A DNA stretch of 64,000 nucleotides from Camelus ferus. Lineage: Eukaryota. Positions 1-14,432 of this stretch are shown one piece after another; position 1 is the first letter of the stretch; each line of letters begins with the position of its first letter. The position numbers were made by a program, and so were the translations under genes. The stretch lies in the NCBI RefSeq assembly GCF_009834535.1, contig NC_045697.1, positions 115,260,001 through 115,324,000 on the forward strand, in the 5' to 3' direction. The notes under the pieces were generated by a model. It saw only the letters and a list, made by a program, of their open reading frames with translations. It did no database searches and was not told where the DNA came from.

Positions 1-39
1 CTTTTATAGTATGAAATCGATTGCCATCTAGGCCAAAAA

Positions 40-620
40 AAAAAAAAGGAAATTTACCCCTAATTCACACTGTTCACAATTGTAGACTGTAATTCCAAAT
101 TATAATTCACATTGTAGATATAAATGTAAAAGTAAACTAATAAAATTACTAAGAGATTGCTCAGAATAATATTTTCATGAGTTTGAGTTTGGAAAAGCAT
201 TTAATATTTAGAAGAATCTTATAAAGTTAGATTATGCTAATATTAAGAAATTCTGTTCATCAAAAGATACATGAATGCATGAACAGGCAAACCAAAGACT
301 ATGAGAATATAACTGAAACCAAGTATTCTTTTCTAGATTGTTAACATCATCTATAAAATAATATGAAAACACCAATTTAAAAAAATCTTGAACAAGAATT
401 TTAAAATAGAATGGCCACATGGCTAAAAACATGAAAATGTGTTCAAACCCTTTAGTCACTAGGGAGATGCAAATGAAAATTACAAGTCATATGCTTTTAG
501 AGACCCTCCAGAATTGCTTTAAAAAAAAACACTGAAATATCAATTTTTAGTGAAAATGTAGAAGAACTGAATTTTGATTTATACACTGCTGGTGGTAAAT
601 AAATACTAAAACTATGAAAA
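40..620 (+). mobile_element. Old L1 (L1M-type) ORF2 3' remnant
   Basis: Degenerate L1 ORF2-end motifs (aattctgttcatcaaaagatac; atgaaaatgtgttcaaaccctttagtcactagggagatgcaaatgaaa; tacactgctggtgg). Boundaries approximate. Confidence 0.7.
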
Positions 621-1871
621 AGAATTTTGGTGTACATGAAAAGATTTAAAATGTTTAATCATTTGGCACCTTAAACACATCTAGATTTTTATTTATGATT
701 TTATACATCATGAAGTTATGCAAAATACAAATAAAAAGAAAGTGGTACAAAGGGTGCTATGTGGGTGATATAAAAATATTTTTATTTAGAAAACTGAGAA
801 GTATGAAAATATATATTATTTTATCTCATTTGAGTATATAAAATTGATAGTCTTTCTCTGGAAGGAAATACAAGGAACTTTTTAGTACATGGCAAGTAGA
901 AAAGTGGATGGGATACCCTTTTCATTCTATAAATTTATTTTTAAGTATTCTAATATGTATACAAATTACTTTTATATTAAAACAAATAAAAGAAAAATAT
1001 GGAGGACTGTGTAGTGATAATTAAAAATTTTGCAGTATAAAGTAATTTTATAGCAGGTTAAGTGGATTCTAAAAATAGGCAACTCAAAACAAGATCAGGG
1101 GAGTTGCTAGAAGAAAGTGCCTACCAGTATTTCCAAATTCATACTTGGTTTCCTAATGTTTTATAAGTTAATAATTTATTTAATATTCTACTTGTTTAAG
1201 TAAATATTTAATAAAAGCCACATTAGTTATTTATTTTATATTAAAATCATATTTTCAGTAGGGAAGCATTGAGAGGTTTAATTAATATTTCCCCTCTAAT
1301 TACTATTTAATAAAAGCAAACAAAGGGCCATATTATTGAGGTCTAATTCTTGTAATTGTCACCTCCACAGACTATAACACTGTATGTTTTCTGAACTTTC
1401 ATTTTGCCACACAACAATGGGTAGACAACAGTTTCCATTTCATATGGCTTTTGTTTGTTTTAATTAATTGCTCTTTCTAAAGCACTCAGACACTTCATGT
1501 TGAGGAATTCAGAAATTCAGTTTTTATCAATGTTGTTAATAGTCCTTTTTAAAACTTCCTCTTTTCTCTTGTGCTCTGGTTTTACTCTATATTTACACTA
1601 ACTTGAGTGTTATTATAGATTTTCATTTGTTGAAGTGTCCTTGCAACTATTCTTCTGTTGTGCTACTTAATCAAAAACATTTTAAATATGCTGAAATATG
1701 CTAAAGGGTAAAAAGAAAGAAAGGAGTATAGTGGTTATACACATTTGTTTTAAAGTGCCCTTTTGCTAATGCTACTTTTCCATTCTTTCTTTTTCCCTTT
1801 TTTTCTGTTTTTTTAAATAAAATATGTTCTATCTAAAATATGTTTTTAAAATATTTAAAATGTGCTTTTAA

Positions 1872-2014
1872 TAATCACTATATATAAAAATAGATAAAAA
1901 ACAAATTTCTTCTGTATAGCACAGGGAACTATATTCAATATGACACAGACATTATGCTGTACACTAGAAATTGACACATTGTAACTGACCGTAATTTAAT
2001 TTTAAAAAATAATA
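1872..2014 (+). mobile_element. Short 5'-truncated young L1 3' end
   Basis: ctgtatagcacagggaactatattcaata...gctgtacactagaaattgacacattgtaactgac plus an A-rich tail; same family as 53972-54738 but lacking about 60 bp internally. Confidence 0.85.
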
Positions 2015-2054
2015 AAAATGTGTAAAATGTGAATATCATCAAATAAACTTGGAA

Positions 2055-3038
2055 GCTTACATTTGCAAATGATATGACTGATAAGAGATTAATATCCAGC
2101 ATATATAAACAGCTCATACAACTCAACATCAAAAAAGAAAAACTGAGTTAAAAAATGGACAGAAGAACTGAATAGACATTTCTGAAAGAAGAAAGGCAGA
2201 TGGCCAACATGCACATGAGAAGATGCTCAACATCACTAATTATCAGGGAGATGAAACCAAAACCATAATGATGTATCACCTTACATCTGTCAGAATAGCT
2301 ATTATCAAAAAGAACATAAATAACAAATGTTGGGGAGCTTATGGAGAAAAAGGGACTTTTGTACACTTTTGATGGAAATGTAAATTGATGCAGCCACTAT
2401 GGAAAACTAAAGATAAAACTGCCATATGATCCAAGAATTCCACTCCTGGAAATATAGCTAAAGAAAATGAAAACACTAATTCAAAAAATACATGCACCCC
2501 AATGTTCATGGCAATATTATTTACAATTGCCAATGAAGCAATTAAGTGCCCATCAACAGGTGAATAGATAAAAAAGATATGGTATATATATATATATATA
2601 TACAATGGAATATTACTCAGCCCTAAAAAGAATGAAATTTTGCCATTTGCAGCAACATGGATGGACTTGGATGGTCTTTTGCTAAGTGAAATAAGTCAGA
2701 CAGAGAAAAACAAATACTGTATGATATCACTGACCTGCAGAATGTGAAAAACACAACTGACTAATGAATATAATAAAAAAAAAAAAAAGCAGACTTACAG
2801 ATATAGAGAACAAACTAGTGGTTACCGGTGGGGAGAGAGAAGTTGGGAGGGACAATATAGGTACAAGAGGTACAAACAATTAGGTATAAAATAAGCTACA
2901 AGGATATATTGCACAGCACAGGGAATATATCCAATATTTTATAAAAACATAAATGGAGTATAACCTTTAAAAATTGAAATCACTATATTGTACATCTGCA
3001 ACATATAATAATGTGTATCAACTATACTTCAATTTAAA
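2055..3038 (+). mobile_element. 5'-truncated L1 (ORF2 C-terminus plus 3'UTR), cetartiodactyl type
   Basis: Typical ORF2-end sequence (ttgccatttgcagcaacatggatggacttgga, gaaataagtcagacagagaaa); ends tatacttcaatttaaaaaa; possible TSD aaataaacttggaa (2041-2054) / aaataaatttaggaa (3039-3053). Confidence 0.92.
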
Positions 3039-3689
3039 AAATAAATTTAGGAACAAAAGAAAAAAAGAGAGAAAAATAATCAATGAACACTTTTCTTCTC
3101 CCTCCCAGCCCCCTATGCTCTATCATAGTCTATGTTGACAGGGACAGTACCTCAATTTTGCCAAAAAATAAAAGAAAAGAAAAAAAGGGAAGGAATCTGG
3201 ACCCTTATATCTTTGCAGAGGAGAGCCACCTTGTTAACCCAGACTCTGTGTGTGAGAGGGAAATATCTTATGTTGATGAAAACATTCTAACTTTGAGCCA
3301 CTCTATTTCATCTGTTGAACTGATATCCTAATTAAACAAATGGTCTTCAAAAATTGGCATTATATTTTAAATGGATTTTGATGAGATACCAGGAAAGGAG
3401 CAGTGGAAGATGATCACCAGCTGTAGGGAACTACAATCAATTTTCCTCAGTAGGAATTACCTTTATGAAATTTCCAATCTCACAGTCTAATGAAAAAATA
3501 GGAATATGTTTCTTATTCTTGCCTTTTATAAGCACTTAAGATGCTTAGAAAATAATGATTATTCTCTTTAAACAAACATATACAATGTGAATATCACCAC
3601 ATTAACTGAGACCAATAAACTTGGAGTCTTCTCTTTAATTTTTCTGATTTTTTTTTTTTATTAGCATTAACTTCCTTCTCTGTCTTTCC

Positions 3690-4110
3690 CTGTAGGGGCT
3701 GGAAGCCTTAGAACTGTTTCCCAGACTTTCTTGTCTCTCACATTCTAGATGCAGCTCACAATGTCAGTGATATACACCTATATGAGATTGATTTGGAAGG
3801 CAGAGGTAGATGATGTGGACTTTAACAGAGGAGGAGTATTTTGGTAGCAGCTCTGCCTGCAAGTGTCCCACTTCTGCTCTGCAAATGAAGTCAGTAGCAG
3901 ATCCCTGGGGCATCTGACCCAAGCAAATGACAGTTTCTTCATCTCTGACCCATTGCTCTAGTGGCTAATAGGAAGACTGGTGGTGTTTTCTCTCTCACTC
4001 CTCCAGCACATCCGATGTTTTTGCGGGCACCATATTCTCTATATGAATTTCTTTCTGCTTTAAATGTCTGTAATGGTTTCTGTTTTACTGGATGGACCCT
4101 GGCTGGCATA
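3690..4110 (+). mobile_element. Ancient ERVL-class LTR (LTR33/LTR16-like)
   Basis: 3' terminus resembles that class: atgaatttctttctgctttaaatgtctgtaatggtttctgttttactggatggaccctggctggcata. Confidence 0.5.
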
Positions 4111-5224
4111 GTATTCCTGAAATAATGTCTGTGCTGTTTTGATATAATTTTCTTGGTCAGGAGACAATTGTTTTTGATCATATTTGAAATAATTCTATTT
4201 TATTAATTCATTTGACATTACATCATTGATTCTTTCTTCTGTATAAAATCCAGTTTCCAAAAATTCAGGGTTTGGGGTAAAGTAGAGACAACATAAGCTT
4301 CTTTATAATCCCAGATGAAATGATTCTTCAATCACTATGTGTTAAAACTTCAACCTATAAGCCTTATTGTTGTTGTCTTTTATGTATAACTATTAAAATA
4401 ATTTCATTATTTTGTCTAATATATGTTTTTATGCCATTTCCATCTCTTTAATCTCAATATTTTCTGTTTAGATTATGGAATGTTTTTGGTAAATAACATG
4501 GAATTCGACATTTAAAACAATGATCACATCTGACAATCTTCTAACTAGAAATTCTAATCGGTTTATATTTATTGTAATTAACAATGTATTTTGATCTTGT
4601 TCAGTGATTCCCTATGATCTGATGAACTATAACCAAAAGGAAAGTAATACGCATTCAACTCATCTATTATGCATTAATGGACAAAAAGACTCCTAAAATT
4701 AAAAAAATTGAAATATCATGCTCTCTGGGATAGAAATACCAAGGATGCCCTGGTCCCATTGGTGGACTGAATTCTTATCTGGCCCCTCTAGCAGCTACTA
4801 ATGTGATTTAGGAAGATCTTCCTTTACCTTTGTCCCACCTGTGGAGAGTAGACTCCCTGTCCATTTTCCAAATGGCCATATCTTTCATGAGCATTACCTC
4901 CTGAGACACCCAAAGGGTTTACAGCTTACTTTTTTAGTATAAGTTTGAAAGCAAAGAGATAGGATCATGAGTTGAAAAGTAAAAGTGGCTGATCATTAGG
5001 TCTTATTTGGCAATATAATTGCCTCTATTATGCACATATGTGGGAGAAGAGTGAGTTAAATTTATTTAAACATAACTGCAACCAATTGTTTTATTCATTT
5101 ATAGTCTTTAAGACTTTGAGGTCTTGTATTTTAGCTTGTGCTAACTCCCTAACCTTCATCTGATGGCCACTGCCTTGAGAAAATGTGAGACAGCAGTGTT
5201 AGGAGGAGAGGCAACGTACATACT

Positions 5225-6230
5225 GACTTATTCAACAGGTTTTTATTGAGAAGTAACCTTTTTTTTTTTTTTTTCTGGGTACTTTTCTAGATACTAGAAA
5301 CAGAGTAGTAAACAAAAGAGAGAAAAATTACTTTCCTCCTACAGCTTATAATAAGGTAGAGGGCAATACGTAATGAAAATTAAGCAAGTTGCATACAGTT
5401 TGTCAGACTGAAAAACATGTTCTGGAGAATAAGACAGAAGGAAGGGGAGTAAGGAGTGTGAGAGGGAGCTGTAATCTAAAATGCACATCCAAGGATGGAG
5501 CCCACAGCCAAGGCCACATGAAGAGTTCCAGGAGAAGCAGAGGAAGTAGCAAAGGAGAATCGTTAGGAGATGTTACCAGGGAAAAGGGGAGAAAGCTAGG
5601 AGAGTGGGGTACCTGGAATTCAAAGGAAGAAAGTTTTCCAAACAAGAGAGTAGCATCCATTGTTCCCCATGCTACACAGAGATCAGTCATAACATTCACT
5701 GGGCAGTGTCTGCTCAGCTGTAAGGAAAATAACTGATTGCACAGTATTTATTAGATAAAGGGATAGGATTTAGAGTGAATACTAGCTATGGGCAATTCTT
5801 TCCCACTGTTTTCTATGAGGGGAACATAGGAGTCTTATTTAGTTAGAGTAGTGGGGTCAATACGGTTTATGATAATGGAAGAAGTAATAGAATTTTATTT
5901 TTCTGATGAGAATCACAAAGCAGAGGGGGAGATTTTGCTAATGCAGAAGACAAAAAAAATTAATGTAGTTCTGGAATTGAATTGATAAGAGAGGACGTGA
6001 TCAAACAGACAACTTGAAGTTTAGATGGTACCTAGAAGGAATACAGACAAGAAATCCTAGTGTCAGGAGTGAAAGGTGAGTGTATGCATCAGTGGCAAGG
6101 GGTTGTGGATGTGGGTAGAATTCCTTTTCTGATGTATTCAATATTCTGTGTAAAATAGGATACTCATCCGTGATCTAAGAGTAAGGAACAGGGAGGGTGT
6201 AGGGAGGCTGGGCAGAGGTGAGGCAGTGTG
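5225..6230 (-). mobile_element. L2 LINE 3' portion
   Basis: Reverse L2 tail (ttattcaacaggttttattgag...gatactagaaacagagtagtaaacaaaagagagaaaaatt) followed by purine-rich degenerate L2 body. Confidence 0.65.
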
Positions 6231-6789
6231 GAGCAGTATTCTAAGAGCCACTGTGGTTTACAGCAGACTGCTTCCAGCCAGCACGGAGACCGAGTTGCAA
6301 GGTGTATCACAAAAGAGTCACAATCTAGGGAGAAACTTCAAGAAGGATCCAGCTTTTACCCCAATGGTGGCATCACCACCATTGGTGCCATACTTGACTA
6401 GGAAACGTGCTGATGACCTTGGCAGCCGTACCCCTACCGGGGTCAATGTAAATCCCAATGTGCCTAATTATTTCGGTATTGACAAATTCTTGATGTCTTA
6501 AACCCTAAACTCACATTAAAATTACTTGCTTATCTTTTGTCTGTGTTTCCTTGTATCAATCATTGTCACTCTTTTGACAATCATAACATCCCCATATACA
6601 CATCCAGCGTGTTTTGGTTTTTTTTTTTTTTTTAATTATATTAAAATTCTCACGGTTGTTTATCCTTTATTCTATATTTAAACTAATTCACTGTTTAAAA
6701 CCAGCTATTTCATTTTATGACTGTTCTATTTCATACTGATATCTTGTTTTGATAATAATAAATAAATAATAAATAATAAATGTCGTGAC

Positions 6790-7110
6790 CTGTATGGTAT
6801 AAGAAACCTTGACTGAGATTCTATTTTGCGCATCTTCGTTCTGGGATATTTTGTGCACACCTTGATGATTTCTAGTCCAAAGGAAATGCATAGAAATACA
6901 TTTATATGTTTTGCCCTTATTGAGGGAGAAAGTAAGAGCTAAAGTCTAGTAGCTCAAGATGCCATGCTGGGAGGCAGCTCTGGGTTATGAAATAAACCCT
7001 TAATTTAATGTGGTTGCCATATTGTATCCTTTCCTGCAATAAACCGTAGATTTGCAAGCATTGTGTTTGAGGCCCTGTAAGTCTTCCTTAGTAACTGAAC
7101 ACCGTCTGCC
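6790..7110 (+). mobile_element. MER21-like LTR fragment
   Basis: tgtatcctttcctgcaataaaccgtag...gaggccctgtaagtcttccttagtaactgaac resembles the MER21 R/U5 region. Confidence 0.45.
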
Positions 7111-7319
7111 CACCAGTGCACTTAGCAGCACTGTTTGTGAAACAAATTCACATTGATAGATGCAGCTCTAATTACTTTGTATTTCCTGCTGCCTGGGCGT
7201 TTTCATTGCAAGAAAATACCAGAGTTTATTTTTCTACTGTCTCATTGATAGATATGAGGTTGTATTTTATATGGAAAACAGTGCCACAATTAGCATTCTG
7301 ATACAGGCGTCCACCTGTA

Positions 7320-8520
7320 TTCGTGTAAGAATTGAGCTGCTAGGTCACAGAATATAAAGAAATTCCATTTCATTAAATTTTGCTGGAATGCCGACCTCAT
7401 ATCAAATTACATATATAAGCATATATGTGTTCTCATTCTCCTTATACAAGGAAAAACAATTAGTTTTAGACTTCATTGTGTTGGCCAATCTGTGAAATGG
7501 TCCTTGGGTTAATACTGTGATTTTCCTGGATTCCTAGAAAGCATCCTTTTACATACTGATTGGCCATTAGTATTTCCTCTTCTGTGAATTACTTTTCACA
7601 GAAAAGTAACCTTTTTCTTCTCTTTTATTCTTTGCTTTTTTTCTACCTTTGGCTTATTTTTTTTCAACTCAGTTTATTTGCCTTTTCTTATTTATTTGCA
7701 GTTTCTTTACATGTTCTATATAACAACTCTGTTGTTTATATGCACAGATAATATCTCCTTTAAATCTGAAGTTTCTGTTTTCACTTTTTAGTGTGCCTTT
7801 TGAGGATTTTTAAATGCAGTCTATTTTTCAAAATTTGCATTTCTTTCTGCTTCTTTTGTGTCTTGTTTTAGAAATACCTGGATACTCTGAGATTGATTTA
7901 AGGATCTATTCCTATATTTTCTTAGAAATTCTAAAATATTAGAATTTTACATTTATATATTTAATCCATCTGCAATTAACTTCATGTATGGTGATCAGTA
8001 AGAGTCACTTTTCTCCCATATTTATAGTGAATTTTATTGGACTTTTTATTGGCATTTCTCCTTAAGGATGTGAATCACATTAATGTACTTTGGTTTTGAT
8101 GTTTTGTTTGTACACTAATATATTTTGTTATGTTAAAACATTTTTACATTCTTGGACATGACTTTTGGTTATAATTCTATATTGAATTTGAGTTTTTCAA
8201 TGTTTACATTTATGATTATAATTGAGAGTATCCTGTAACCTTTGTGTGCCTTTGTGGGGTTTTGATACCATAGTTTAATGGTTCATTAGAAAATTGAGGA
8301 ATCATCTTTTTTTTTCATCCTCTGGAAGAATGTGTGTCAGTTTGGAATTTTGTGTTCCTTGAATGCTGATAGAGTTAGTTGGTACAACTATCCGGGTAAG
8401 TGATTCAGTTGGAGGAAAAGTCTTAAATATTCAACTTAGTTTTAGTTCTACAAATATTTTAGATTATCTTAGTATGTAGTCTTTCTTAAGAGATAGTTTA
8501 TTTACCTTGGTTTTAAAATA
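7320..8520 (-). mobile_element. Old L1 (L1ME-like) fragments
   Basis: T-rich antisense L1 motifs (gattggccattagtatttcctcttctgtgaatt; tttaatccatctgcaattaacttcatgtatggtg). Confidence 0.6.
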
Positions 8521-9464
8521 TGAGTCACAAATTTTCCATATAATTTTCTTCGCTTCAGCTTCCCTACCCACACTGTACATATTCTAAACAGATCCTCCAG
8601 ACTTTCACTTCTCCAGATTCTTGACTAAATCTGACTGATAAAATACAAAAAGTGGTTATTGGGAAAGAGAGCCTGAGGACAAGAGGAGGTTTTCCAAGTA
8701 AGCTAGAGAAAGGAAAGAGAAAAATCCAGTTCTATGCTTTTCATAAGGGACACATTTAAACCATAAAGAGATAGAACACAAGAAAGCCAAGCAAACAAGA
8801 GGCTAATGCCAATGGAAAACCATTGTAGCTGTAAGAATGCCTGATGTTCTAAAGAATAGTAGGAAACTGGATGTACTGAATGCTAACATTAACCAATAGA
8901 CAATCCCACTGCCTATACTAATATCAGTTAAAATATATAGAGTAACCACTTAATAAAAGATTCACTAGGAAGATGTAAAAATCTGAACTTTCATGCAGTT
9001 AGCAGCATAATCTGAAAACAGATACAAACAAAATTACAAATAAATAAATAAACAAATAAACAAGAAATCTGCCATTAATGGAAAGTTCCCTCTCCCATTT
9101 CAGTTATTTAAGAAAACTATTTCCTTTCATCTATAGAAGTTTTAATTGTAACGCTTGTTTGTCCTGTACCTGAGTGGTCAGATAGTTATGTATAGAAGCT
9201 TATTTCGATGGAGGTTTCTTTTGAGAGGCAAAAATACAAGGTACTGCATACTTCCTGGCATCATGTTAGATGGAACATCTGGTTGTCTTAATTTAAGTAG
9301 TGTTAAGACAGATCAGGTTTTTCGCCAGATCTTTATAATAATAAATCTCCCTCTAAACCTTTTCCCTACTTGTTTCATCATCAGTGATAATTATCCCAAT
9401 TCATTACATTCAATGTGGCAAAATGGTAATTTTATTTTGCTTTATTTTAGGATATTTTTGGTTG

Positions 9465-10790
9465 TTACTCTAATTGAAATATAATTGACATATGATATTA
9501 GGTTAGTTTTAAGTGTACTGTGATTTGACGTTTGCATACATTATGAAATGATCACCAAATTAAGTCTAGTAACCACTTGTCCCTATACAAATTTATTAAC
9601 AATATTACTGACCAGTGCTGTGTGTTATATATTACATTGCCGTGGCTTATTTATTTTAAAACTGGAGATTTTGACCTCTTAATCCCCTTCACTGATTTCT
9701 CCCCACCCTCCACCCCCAAACCCCTCCCTTCTGGCAACCATCGTTTGTTCTCTGTATCTATGACTCTATTTGCATTTTGTTCAGTTTATTTGTTTGGTTT
9801 TTGAGGTTCCACATATAGGTGAGATCATATGGTATTTCTCTTTATCTGACATTTCTCTTAGCATAATATCCTCTAGATTCATCTATGTTGTTGTAAATGG
9901 CAAGATTTCATTTTTTATGGCAGAATAATATTTCATTCCATATATACCACTTTTTATTTATCTGTCTATTGATGGACACTAGAGTTGCTTCCATATCTTG
10001 ACTGCTGTGGAAAGTACTGCAATGAGCATTGAGTGCTTATATCTCTTCAAATTGGTGTTTATTTTCTTTGGGTAAATACCCAGAAGTGAAATAGCTGGAT
10101 CACATGGCAGTTCTATTTCCAATGTTTGAAGAAAGTTTCATACTGTTTTCCACAGGGGCTGCACCAGTTTACATTTCCACCAATAGTGCATGAGTGTTTG
10201 CTGTTCTTCACACCCTCTGTCACACTTGTTGTTTGTGGGGTTTGTTTTTTTTTGGATGATTCTGACAGGTGTGAGGTGATATCTCTGTGGTTTTGATTTG
10301 CATTTGCTGATTAGCAATGTTAAGCATCTTTTTATGTGTCTGTTGGCCATTTGTATGTCTTCTTCGGTCCTTTGCCCTTCAATATGATATTATTCTATTT
10401 GTGTAGTTTCATTTTCATTTCCTTTGCCTGAGGAGACAGAGCCAGCATAAATATTGCTAAGACCAACATCAAAGAGCATACTGCATACATTTACATTTTC
10501 TTCTAGGAGTCTTATAATTTCAGGCCTTACGTGTAAGCCTTTAATTCATTTTGAGGTTTTTTTCTGTTTTTTTTTTTTGTTTTTTGGTTTTTTTCTGTAT
10601 AGTATGAGAAAGTAGCCCAGCTTAACACTTTTGCATGTAGCTGTCCAGTTTCCCTAACCCCATTTCTGGAGAGGCCGTCTTTTCTTCATTGTATAAACAT
10701 GCCTCTTTTGTCATCGATCCAGCGTGGATTTATTTCTGGGCTGTCTATTCTGTTCCATTGATCTATGTGTCTGTTTTTGAGCAAGTATTA
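9465..10790 (-). mobile_element. L1 (L1MA9-like) 3'UTR plus ORF2 end
   Basis: attgaaatataattgacata...gaaatgatcaccaaattaagtctagtaacca...ctggcaaccatc; ORF 10138-10350(-) gives L1 ORF2-like MANRHIKRCLTLL...KLVQPLWKTV. Confidence 0.92.
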
Positions 10791-11940
10791 CATTGACCTT
10801 TTATGACTTGACTCAAAATTTAATTGTAGCAGGTATTTTTCATAATATTTAACGTGGTGCCACAAGTCATTTTCTATTTTATTAAAGATGGGGAGTCTTT
10901 TGTTTTATGTCCTTTGCCATAATTTTTGAGATGTTTATATCACAAAACATAAATAATATGAATTCATCACCTTTATTTTTTAAATGGAAAAATTAGCATA
11001 TTTGAAAAAATAATTCTGATGCTTATCATTGATAAGCATAGTTTTTTCTCAACAGATGACAAAAATTCAGTTACTTTCAGTTAAATTTATTTCAGTAGTT
11101 GATCTAGAAATTTGATATAAAACACTCATTATTTTAGCAAGCATTTTCAAAATATTTATACTCCACTTCTTTAAAAATTTAAAGTACTTTAAAAAATTAA
11201 TTCAAGTTGAGATGGAAAATAGTTGAGACGTTTTGAGCAAAGAAGAAATACAGGAAGTCAAGTAAGAGAGCTAGTGGTCCCTTCTGCAAATGTTTGGTTA
11301 TTTATTTTCAAAATTATCTCAAGCGTCTAGAACTTATAATAAAGCACTATTCTGCAAATCTCTGTGTTTCTCTTAGACTTCAGAGGTTTCTACTTTATAA
11401 ATAACTGACCTTTTTATGCAAAATTTCTCAAATGTTTTAAAAATCTATATTCTCTTTTAATAATAGGTATAAATATTTCAAGATAAATGTTGATTATTTT
11501 GTATATTCCTAATAGCAGAAAAAAAATTTCTGTCTTTGCTTTGTATACTTCCTATCTGAATACAATAGGTATTTTTACCTTAGATATAATGTATACTAAA
11601 ATATAAAAAAATGCTTTTTCAAATTATGTGTTATCTACCAGACCTTTTATTCAAATGTGCTGTCCTACTCCAGTTGATAATTGCTGTTTGGACAGACGTT
11701 CTGTTTTAACCTGAATATATTTTTAGCTTATATAAATTGACTAGAAACAACTTTAAATACATATTTTTATAACACAATAGCTCCTTATTCCTCCAAATTA
11801 AGTGATCTTTACCTTGAAAAATCTAGTAATGCATTTATACTGTAACTAACACCAATCTTTTAAACATACAATTAAATTATATTTGGAGGTTTGATAAGTG
11901 AGAAACATCATCGGGTAACTTTTTGAAAAGCCATTACTTT

Positions 11941-12683
11941 TGTTACCGAAACTTGGCCTCCACAATCCACTCACCAAATTGGGACTTAAGGATAGAGTTT
12001 TGGATGAAGTAGAAAAAGCAGCTTTATTTCTTTGCAGGCAAAGGAGGTCATGGTGGGCTGGTGCCTCTAAGACTGTAAGCCTACTGGGAAGTGAAGGCAG
12101 GGGGTTTTATAGTAAAAGTTCAGGAGTTTAAAGGGCGGAGGTGGTTTCCATAGAGATCACATACAGGGTAACAAATTATTGCAAAGTTGTTCCTGTCTTT
12201 GCAGATGCAGTTACCCTCTTCCCTCTGCTGGGTATGAAGCTCACCTCTGGCTCTGGGACTCTCTCAGTATTCTTATACCCAGAACAAAGGATGCATAGGA
12301 AGGGGCTCCATAGAAAAGAGCTCTAGAGAAATCTTGTGCAGTTTAAAGTCAGGCTGATAATTGCTTTTAGCCTTTTGAGCAGGCTGAGGCCTGGGTCCTC
12401 CTGCTGCAGGCTGAGGCCCACAGCTCGAACAACAAAATTCAAGGAAACCACAAGGGGTCAAGAAGAGGGCACTGGGGGCAAGAGGAAGGCACTGGTGTCA
12501 GGAGAAGGGCACTGAGCTTGACCCCTGCACAAAGCACCACGAGGCAGTGGGTGGACCACCCAAGCCTCCCTCCTCTGCAGCCCAACCCTGGTCAGCAAGA
12601 GCACGAGAAGAACCTTTAAACCATGAAACACCATTGCAGATGTCGGCTGGTCACTGATGACAATAGGGTCCTGCTTGGTTACA
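11941..12683 (-). mobile_element. ERV1-class solo LTR
   Basis: Minus strand reads TGTAACCAAGCAGGACCCTATTG...AATAAA...GGTAACA (TG..CA termini); flanks cttt/tttt are an imperfect 4-bp TSD. Confidence 0.75.
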
Positions 12684-13799
12684 TTTTGAACCAAAATTTT
12701 ATTGTTAGGTAAATTGTTGATAAAATTATCATCGGTGTTAATAGTTAATTAAACAATAGTAGCACAACTTTCTCATATCAAGATGAAATTTTTTTTTATA
12801 ACAAATATTTGATTCACTTCTTCACAGATGCAATGACAAAGGACCTTTTACATACAATACAGTAGTGATAGAAAATGTTTAAAAAATGTTTAAACAATGC
12901 AAAGCTGGAAATTATTTAATGACATACTAAAAAATTGAAGACTGAAATAATGATGATGATCATATTAATCCAAATAGAAAAGACTCAAATTATTTAACAT
13001 ATTAATTATAAAGGAGAAACTCCTCTAACAGAAAAATAAATATTCTGAAATTGATTAAAAATCTTATGTATACAAATATGTATATTTAATATGTTATATG
13101 ATATATATATAGAGAGAGATAATTGCATTAATAAATACAGTGTCCACTAGCAACAGCTTATAATGGTGTGGGTTCAGGCAAGGGTGACACTGACCAGCTC
13201 TTTTCAAGTCACTGTGTCTCCATTTCCTTGAAATGGCTATCAGCTCCTTAAAGAAAAGTCAGGCTTCAAAATTTCTCCACAGAGGAGAAGCTTCATGAGG
13301 AATTTCAATACCCCAGGGACGTTTTAGGGAACTCATCAAAGCAATATGTACACATTTCTGAGTTCGATTAAGGAAGACAGGCAACACTTTCAACACAGAG
13401 TAACACCATCACACTGTGTCTTCAGATCCCTCTTGACCCTTGGGGAGAAGTGTTTGTTTAATGGCCCTCCCTGGAGAACCCCACGAGCTCCCTCACTTCC
13501 TTTGTGTACTCTCACTATGTTTTGCAGATTATCACCACTGCCTTCTGCCAGTTTGTGTAATATGTGTGTCTAGGGATAAAGTAATGTTTTCCTTATGTCC
13601 ATTGATTATGTCTATTTACAGATCATTTCTAAGCAACAAGCCAGGCTGTCTCCAAGTACCACACAGACTAGACACCTGAGAATTGCAAGATCTTTCTCTT
13701 CTAAAGGGTTTGTCCATTTCAGTCATATTTCAACTTTAATATAGAAGTAATCTAGCATACTGGCACCAGATAATTTATCCAGGAAAAAAAAAAAGTACA

Positions 13800-13925
13800 T
13801 TAAGGAACATTTATTCACTTAACAAAAACTGAATGCCAACTCGCTGTATATTGAACATCGTCCCACAGCACTGAATCAAACAGACATAATTACCGTCCTC
13901 AAGGAAATTACAACATATTGAGAAT
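13800..13925 (-). mobile_element. L2 3' tail fragment (interrupted by the MLT2 LTR)
   Basis: catttattcacttaacaaaaactgaatgcc...aatcaaacagacataattaccgtcctcaaggaaattaca. Confidence 0.55.
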
Positions 13926-13930
13926 ACAAG

Positions 13931-14432
13931 TGTTTTAGTTAGGACTCTTCAGAGAAGTAGAACCAATAGGAAATTAGATATAGATATATCTTTCTCTATC
14001 TATCTGCTTATCCATATATTGAGAGATTTATTTTAAGAAATTGGATCAATCACTTGATTGTGGAGGCTGGCAAGTCTGAAATTTGTAAGGCAGGCAGGTT
14101 GGAAATTTTGGGCATAGATGATATTGCAGTCTTGAGTCTGAATTCCTCAGGGTGGCAGCTGGAAACTCAGGCAGACTTTCTCTATTGTAGTCTTGAGGGA
14201 AATCCCTTCTTCAGGAAAACTCAGTCTTTGCTCTTAAAGCCTTCAATTTATTGGTGGAGACCCACTCTCTTTATGGATGGTAATCCGCTTTACTCAGTTT
14301 ACTAATTTAAAAGTGAATCACATCTAAAACAAAAAACAGAAGCCTTCACAGCAACATACATAGTGGCACGTGACCAAAGGACCAAACACCCAAACACGGT
14401 ATCTGAGTTGACACATGAAATTAACCATCACA
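13931..14432 (-). mobile_element. MLT2 (ERV-L) solo LTR
   Basis: tgttttagttaggactcttcagagaagtagaaccaatagga ... agttgacacatgaaattaaccatcaca, the characteristic MLT2 termini. Confidence 0.88.
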
